From: Albugo candida
Taxonomy: Eukaryota
NCBI GenBank assembly: GCA_040437565.1
Contig: JBDOQK010000031.1
Coordinates: 1-64,000, forward strand
Reading direction: 5' to 3'
Length of the DNA stretch: 64,000 nt
Positions 58,376 to 64,000 of the stretch are shown here, in pieces. Numbering within the stretch: the stretch's first letter is position 1; each line of letters opens with the position of its first letter. The position numbers and the translations under genes are program-made. A model generated the notes under the pieces. That model saw only the letters and a list, made by a program, of their open reading frames with translations, was not told where the DNA came from and searched no databases.

Positions 58376-58894
58376 ATGTCGCGCTCGTTTTCTCGATATT
58401 TGGACCCTCTGGCTCTTGATGAGTATATGGAAAATGATGGACAAGAGCTCTCTATTACTCGTCTTGTCAAGTTGCCTCCCGATGAAGCGTTTGATGAGTG
58501 GTTTAATAGCGTGTGGTGTGCGATTGGCGAGAATGTTACTTTGGGAGAAGGATCAGGATTTCTTGGAGCAAAGCATCAGCTTCCTGGAGGCGTTCTTGAA
58601 GAGATTGTCCGTGTTGGTGTACCTTCCACTGATAGTAGATGTATACACTCGGACAGTATTCTTTCCATCTTAGTAAAAGGCACTCAAAGAGGGATTTTTC
58701 CAATACAGAATCATATTGGATATGTTCGATTTATCCCTGATACCGCATCCAAACAGACACTAATAGTCTGGAATGTGAAATGGACGCCTACTGTCCTCGG
58801 GAATGTGTTTTGTTGCGGCGGAAGTATCATTCGACTCGCTTTACGATCGACAATGACATTTTGGATGAGTCGTTTAGGTGGGACGGAAAAGTGA
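58376..58894 (+). CDS. Hypothetical protein, possibly SRPBCC/START (Bet v1-like) fold
   Basis: 172-aa intronless ORF with the pattern 'LSITRLVKLPPDEAFDEW', 'GVLEEIV', 'HIGYVRF', 'TLIVWNVKW' and a C-terminal helix. Confidence 0.55.
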   Translation: MSRSFSRYLDPLALDEYMENDGQELSITRLVKLPPDEAFDEWFNSVWCAIGENVTLGEGSGFLGAKHQLPGGVLEEIVRVGVPSTDSRCIHSDSILSILVKGTQRGIFPIQNHIGYVRFIPDTASKQTLIVWNVKWTPTVLGNVFCCGGSIIRLALRSTMTFWMSRLGGTEK

Positions 58895-59063
58895 CATTTT
58901 GAGGGGGATGTGTATAGTCGAACTGCATTTTATACAACAAGGCTTAAGGCGAACCCGTTGGACAGTGTTAAGACAGGCTTAATCGTTCGCACTGAATGCT
59001 ACTTTTACATGGAATCGTATTCAATTCAACATAGTGTATACGTATACTCTCCTACAGTGTCAA

Positions 59064-60548
59064 TTACATTCCGGATCCCATTTGTAATCCGAGTGCTTCT
59101 TGTCGAAGAGCATTGCGACGGCGTCTTACCAAAAACAAACCGATAGCAGTCAAAATGACAGTAGCAACAGAAGCCACGATAGCTATTGCAATCCAAGCTC
59201 CAGAGGTCAAACTCAGATATCGATCGTCCCCGCCACCGTCTACCGCGGCCGTACTTGCGCCGGCTTTGGCACCAGTTGGAAGCACTGGGAACACATTCAG
59301 TCCACAATTGATTTTTTTGTCCGCCAAAAGCTTAAGGAAACCTTTGTCGCCCCAATTGCTTCCATAAGAATTCTTAAGTATCCAGTAATCTCCTCGTAGT
59401 GGATCCGTTCCATAGCCAACGAGAAGTAGCGCATGATTCAAATCGTCTTTGCTCGGAAAGTTGCCGTTATTTGGACATGTGAAAAACCCGCCTTTGTAGT
59501 CATTAAAAGGATCCTCGGAGTTGATCGCTACAGCGATCGGCTGTCTCTGGAGAGCCGTACGCAATAAGACTGAGGCACTAGTACTAACCGAGCAATCTCC
59601 ACCCACAACTTGTTCCCATCCAGTGATACTTGCTGCTGTATCAGCAGCAGGCACTTTGCACACGTCAAAAGTCGCATTCACTCTCCAGCTACCGATATTA
59701 GTATCGTCATAAGGCAACTTCAACTCTGTGACTAAACCAATTGAAAGCTGTGCAGCATCCATAAAGGCTCCATGAGTCATCCCGCCATCACATCCATTAT
59801 TCTGTGACTCCCATGTCACTTCAGAGGTGAGCCAAGGAGCTCCATCAACGCCTGAATCACTTGACCAACAATATTTGAACTTTTGTGTCGTGGATCGCGT
59901 GCTACATTGTAATAATTGTTGTGGAGATAGCGCAACTGCACTCACGTTTGAGCTAACGGAAACTGCGGTCTCAATCGCATCGGTTGCAGCAAACGCCCAG
60001 CAACTACCACAGTTCTCTTGACTTTTCACACCCGAGCAAACACTCCTACCCAACGGATTGTCTTTTGTGCACCAATTGAGAAGAGCTCGTATTGGGGAAT
60101 TATTTGGTATTGATATATTCGTAGGCGAATCTGCCAATCGGCGAGTAGAGCCTAATGATGGTTGTGCCTGCATAACTCGATCCACCAACGCTTGTGGCGT
60201 GTGCTTTCGCTTTCTCCCTTCGTACAAATGACGAGCACTGACCCCCATGCGGTACGGGAACTCGTAACCGATGGATAAAGCGTACGTCATAACCTCTTCG
60301 ATATACTCAGCATGGCGCATTAAATTCTGACTCGCTTGATCACGTTCCTGCTCGCTGACACGGTGTTTCGTTAGCATTACTTTGCGCATGGTATCGCGCC
60401 CAATAAGTCGTCCATTTCCATCCGTCCACGCACAGGAAGGTGTTTCAGTATCGGAGCAGTATACAAGTGTTCCTAACGAGTGATGGTCACCCATAACAGT
60501 TCGCGATAGTAACATTATGGTCAATGAAGCCACAATGCATTGCGACAT
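59064..60548 (-). CDS. Papain-family (C1A) cysteine protease with signal peptide and C-terminal TM helix
   Basis: 'QENCGSCWAFA' (catalytic Cys), 'LSPQQLLQC', 'GCDGG', 'LNHALLLVGYG' (His) and 'YWILKNSYGSNWG' (Asn). TM AWIAIAIVASVATVILTAIGLFLV is followed by RRRR. Confidence 0.93.
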   Translation of the reverse strand: MSQCIVASLTIMLLSRTVMGDHHSLGTLVYCSDTETPSCAWTDGNGRLIGRDTMRKVMLTKHRVSEQERDQASQNLMRHAEYIEEVMTYALSIGYEFPYRMGVSARHLYEGRKRKHTPQALVDRVMQAQPSLGSTRRLADSPTNISIPNNSPIRALLNWCTKDNPLGRSVCSGVKSQENCGSCWAFAATDAIETAVSVSSNVSAVALSPQQLLQCSTRSTTQKFKYCWSSDSGVDGAPWLTSEVTWESQNNGCDGGMTHGAFMDAAQLSIGLVTELKLPYDDTNIGSWRVNATFDVCKVPAADTAASITGWEQVVGGDCSVSTSASVLLRTALQRQPIAVAINSEDPFNDYKGGFFTCPNNGNFPSKDDLNHALLLVGYGTDPLRGDYWILKNSYGSNWGDKGFLKLLADKKINCGLNVFPVLPTGAKAGASTAAVDGGGDDRYLSLTSGAWIAIAIVASVATVILTAIGLFLVRRRRNALRQEALGLQMGSGM

Positions 60549-60806
60549 AGCTCGTAACACGAGAAAAGCTTATTTTGCTATGAATCACTTTTATTTTCAA
60601 CTGGCCATAACCCGAACCGCTAGAATAAGGAGCCACGGTATACGTGTCGAATGGTATACGTTTGGGTGAAAAAGGTGCCCACTGAAGCTACTGACAGAGA
60701 TATGAAAAAAATGAAAATTGTCGAGATTCGTGTACCTTTGGCAAAAGATTCAAAGTAAACGAAAATACTATAGATTATATTACTGATACAAATGACTGTG
60801 ACATAG

Positions 60807-61433
60807 CTATCGCCCTTTGAGAGGACTCAAATGTTGCATTTGAAAGTGCCAAGTCGACCGCGGTGGATTTAAGTGACGAATGCACTCAACACTCCCTACC
60901 CTTCTTCGAAGCGCAATACGTTCCTCAGTGAAGGTCACGTGCAACTGAGGATTGTCGGCTGGAGATGTTAAAGCTGGGTATGGTGGCAATTTGACTAACG
61001 GAAGACGCTCTTTCTCTTCCACATTCCAACGCGTTCGGGAGATAACTTGCATGTTTAAACTGTTAGAGAACGAACCTCGAAGTAAGCGCCCCCGAATAGC
61101 GCCTTCCGCCGATTCAGTCTCCTCTTCATCATCGTACTCCTTACTGTGATTTTTATAGGAATCCAAAATGTAATTGCGATAGTACTCTCTCTGTGACCGT
61201 CGTTGCTCAAGCAATTCTTCCTGCGATAATTCATCTTCTTCCGGAGAATGATTCGAGTTGTTCGAAAGTTCCGTTTGTGATGAAGACAAGGTCTTGAACA
61301 TTTGCTGTAGTGCTTTAAATGTTTCATCCCGCTCGTCTTCGTCGTGGATCCTCGTTGAGTGCGCTGCTCGAGCATTAGACGCGGAATCGAAAGGATTAAG
61401 ATTGAATCGTTGGAGCACGGTCATGGTTATCAT
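60807..61433 (-). CDS. Hypothetical protein, acidic and helical, ~208 aa
   Basis: Uninterrupted ORF with protein-like composition and no recognisable family motif. Confidence 0.5.
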   Translation of the reverse strand: MITMTVLQRFNLNPFDSASNARAAHSTRIHDEDERDETFKALQQMFKTLSSSQTELSNNSNHSPEEDELSQEELLEQRRSQREYYRNYILDSYKNHSKEYDDEEETESAEGAIRGRLLRGSFSNSLNMQVISRTRWNVEEKERLPLVKLPPYPALTSPADNPQLHVTFTEERIALRRRVGSVECIRHLNPPRSTWHFQMQHLSPLKGR

Positions 61434-62054
61434 GTCGAGAGTTAGTAGATACAATTCCTGAAAGTGTCTCAATCAACAGTAACAACGAAATTTGGTTTGC
61501 TGAATTTCGGTCAGTGTAGCCTGTAAGAAGCAAGAGAAAGTAAACCTTAGAGGGATAGAGCTGACGCCGCTGTAGAGTCGACGTATTAGATTCAAGGGAA
61601 CTTTCAAGTTAGTAACGTGTATAAATAAAGCTCTGTCCCATTAGAAATGATGACTCAAGATCGAATTGCGCGAATAAATGAAATAAGTTTAATCCTACTT
61701 GCCATATAGAACCGCATTTTGGAGTACCGGAGTGAGAAGCTGTCCGTTACAAAACGTATATCCCTCAACTAATGTAACCATTTTGATCGCATGAGGGATC
61801 ATCGTCATTTCTTCCGAAAACAAATATCCTTTTAGATCCCACAAAACGCCTCACCTTTACCACCTTCAATTTGATACGCGCTCGTCGCGTAGTAATCCAT
61901 GTCTCAACCGATGGCACACCTCCATGACAGCGCGTCATTCCGCCCTCTATTGAGCGTGTCCTATCGACACACACGAAGCTGCGACGGTGCTCTGGTTTGC
62001 TCATGCGTAATTAAAGCTGAAAAGGCATACTTTAAACGCTCATTTCTCGCACAA

Positions 62055-63964
62055 ATGCGTCGCAAGCGAATACATTCTAGTATATCTCGCTCTATCAAAC
62101 GTCAGAGCGACGATATTAATGTGTTTTTCCGACCATTGACTCGATTATGCTCTCCGCTTCGAAAATATATTGCTTCATTTCTTGAAGCCAAAGATCTTGC
62201 CAGGCTTGTGACAGTACGCTCAAATGACCGCTACTCTTTTTCATACCTCAGTTTTATTGCGATAGGTTTGTTATGCTTTGAGTTTGGACGCAGAGAGCTT
62301 CGTGAAATGGAATCTACAGTCATTTCACCAAGCAGCTATGATTACCGGCACTAGCGATTTCCTTCGCACGCAGCCGAAACCGAGAAATCAATCGTGGACG
62401 GAGTACCTTCACNNNNNNNNNNNNNNNNNNNNNNNNNNNNNNNNNNNNNNNNNNNNNNNNNNNNNNNNNNNNNNNNNNNNNNNNNNNNNNNNNNNNNNNN
62501 NNNNNNNNNNNNCCGACCATTGACTCGATTATGCTCTCCGCTTCGAAAATATATTGCTTCATTTCTTGAAGCCAAAGATCTTGCCAGGCTTGTGACAGTA
62601 CGCTCAAATGACCGCTACTCTTTTTCATACCTCAGTTTTATTGCGATAGGTTTGTTATGCTTTGAGTTTGGACGCAGAGAGCTTCGTGAAATGGAATCTA
62701 CAGTCATTTCACCAAGCAGCTATGATTACCGGCACTAGCGATTTCCTTCGCACGCAGCCGAAACCGAGAAATCAATCGTGGACGGAGTACCTTCACGTAC
62801 AAACCAATTTGGTATGTGAGCATCAAAGAAATATTCGGATTGTGATTGTGACACTAGGTTTATCGTCTATTTGTATACTATACTGGGTACAAAACGAGGG
62901 AAATGCGAACAGCTAATCCACATTGGGCGTTTGGGTTTGTGGATGTGGACCCAAACGATCCGGCAAAAACCATCCTACCCAATGAATGGAAGGTTCATAC
63001 ACATGAACCGTGGAGTCGATGTCGCTTGAATGGGCAGGATGGTGAGTGGACACTCCGTGATTCCTATCAACACGCTCGAGCACCGAAAAGTTTTCATCGA
63101 CAAGTTGCGACTTGGGCNNNNNNNNNNNNNNNNNNNNNNNNNNNNNNNNNNNNNNNNNNNNNNNNNNNNNNNNNNNNNNNNNNNNNNNNNNNNNNNNNNN
63201 NNNNNNNNNNNNNNNNNTGTGAGCATCAAAGAAATATTCGGATTGTGATTGTGACACTAGGTTTATCGTCTATTTGTATACTATACTGGGTACAAAACGA
63301 GGGAAATGCGAACAGCTAATCCACATTGGGCGTTTGGGTTTGTGGATGTGGACCCAAACGATCCGGCAAAAACCATCCTACCCAATGAATGGAAGGTTCA
63401 TACACATGAACCGTGGAGTCGATGTCGCTTGAATGGGCAGGATGGTGAGTGGACACTCCGTGATTCCTATCAACACGCTCGAGCACCGAAAAGTTTTCAT
63501 CGACAAGTTGCGACTTGGGCTCACAGTCTTCGTGTTGGAAGCTTTTTGACCGTTGCGGTACGCTTTCACTCAGTTGGGGCTTGAGGATGCTTTCGTTTTT
63601 ATACTTATAATTTATAGTATCAAAACGTTGACTCGGAGGAGTGCGGTTGGTGGCAAGCACAAGCTTGGTACGTATGGAAATCAGGATGTAATGCCGGTAA
63701 GGGACTCACTGTCTCAATAGATAGCTCGAGTATCAACCTCAAGATGCGTAGAGCCTGCCAAAGTATATGGTGCTGATCACCCTAAGCATATCAGTGTACA
63801 TCCGGACGCGCTGTTAGAGCATTTTATGGTAAGTTTATGCAAGTGGCTGAGATGCAGTATGAAAAGTATCATTGTAGGCGCATCCTTTGCACACAATCGA
63901 TGCCGGATCGGTCACAGGAAAATGCTGTGTCTCATGCACCAGCCGAAAGCATTCCTTTCTTGAC
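62055..63964 (+). CDS. Multi-exon F-box-like protein, disrupted in the assembly by two gap duplications; 3' end uncertain
   Basis: 'LTRLCSPLRKYIASFLEAKDLARLVT|VC' matches the F-box consensus L..LP..l...I.sFL...dL.rl..Vc, with GT..AG introns. Confidence 0.55.
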
Positions 63965-64000
63965 TGCCATGTTAAATTCGGTCATCCAATGTTATAGATT

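Larger units (their letters stand above)
10793..63217. other. Eleven 100-N scaffold gaps with duplicated or repeated flanks (10793, 11772, 15335, 19378, 25152, 27459, 29943, 34202, 38913, 62413, 63118)
   Basis: At each gap the sequence just before the Ns is repeated after them (overlaps of ~65-800 nt; the first lies inside the 210-bp array). This is typical of unmerged overlapping contigs. Confidence 0.92.

Noticed and set aside
62129-63520. Repeated F-box gene segments
   Set aside because: Two gap-flank duplications at 62413 and 63118.

Overview
This is gene-dense eukaryotic DNA with short (~45-60 nt) GT-AG introns and very short intergenic spacers. The gene content points to an oomycete, possibly Albugo-like; this is inferred, not searched. 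It is a draft scaffold with eleven 100-N gaps, each flanked by duplicated or repeated sequence, so apparent tandem gene copies are most likely assembly artefacts. Recognisable genes are MSH6, a NO66/RIOX1-like JmjC oxygenase, a SMYD-type methyltransferase, TPI, ankyrin-FYVE, FAM183/CFAP144-like, a UBL-membrane protein, DBP6/DDX51, a Tudor-like protein, ALG10, a TALE homeobox, NDC1-like, a folate-biopterin transporter, TM9SF, PX, GH72, an SRPBCC-like protein, a papain protease and an F-box-like gene. There is also a decayed MULE transposase and a decayed LINE inside a ~7.7 kb gene-free island. The most interesting signal is a 51-aa six-cysteine module (C-x20-C-x6-C-x4-C-x2-C-x13-C, core GGxGC-x4-CR[FY]C) that I cannot assign to a named family. 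It occurs 13 times in a giant mucin-like type I membrane protein and 6 times in a TMEM2/CEMIP-like G8 beta-helix membrane protein ~20 kb away, suggesting a modular cell-surface glycan-binding and remodelling system.
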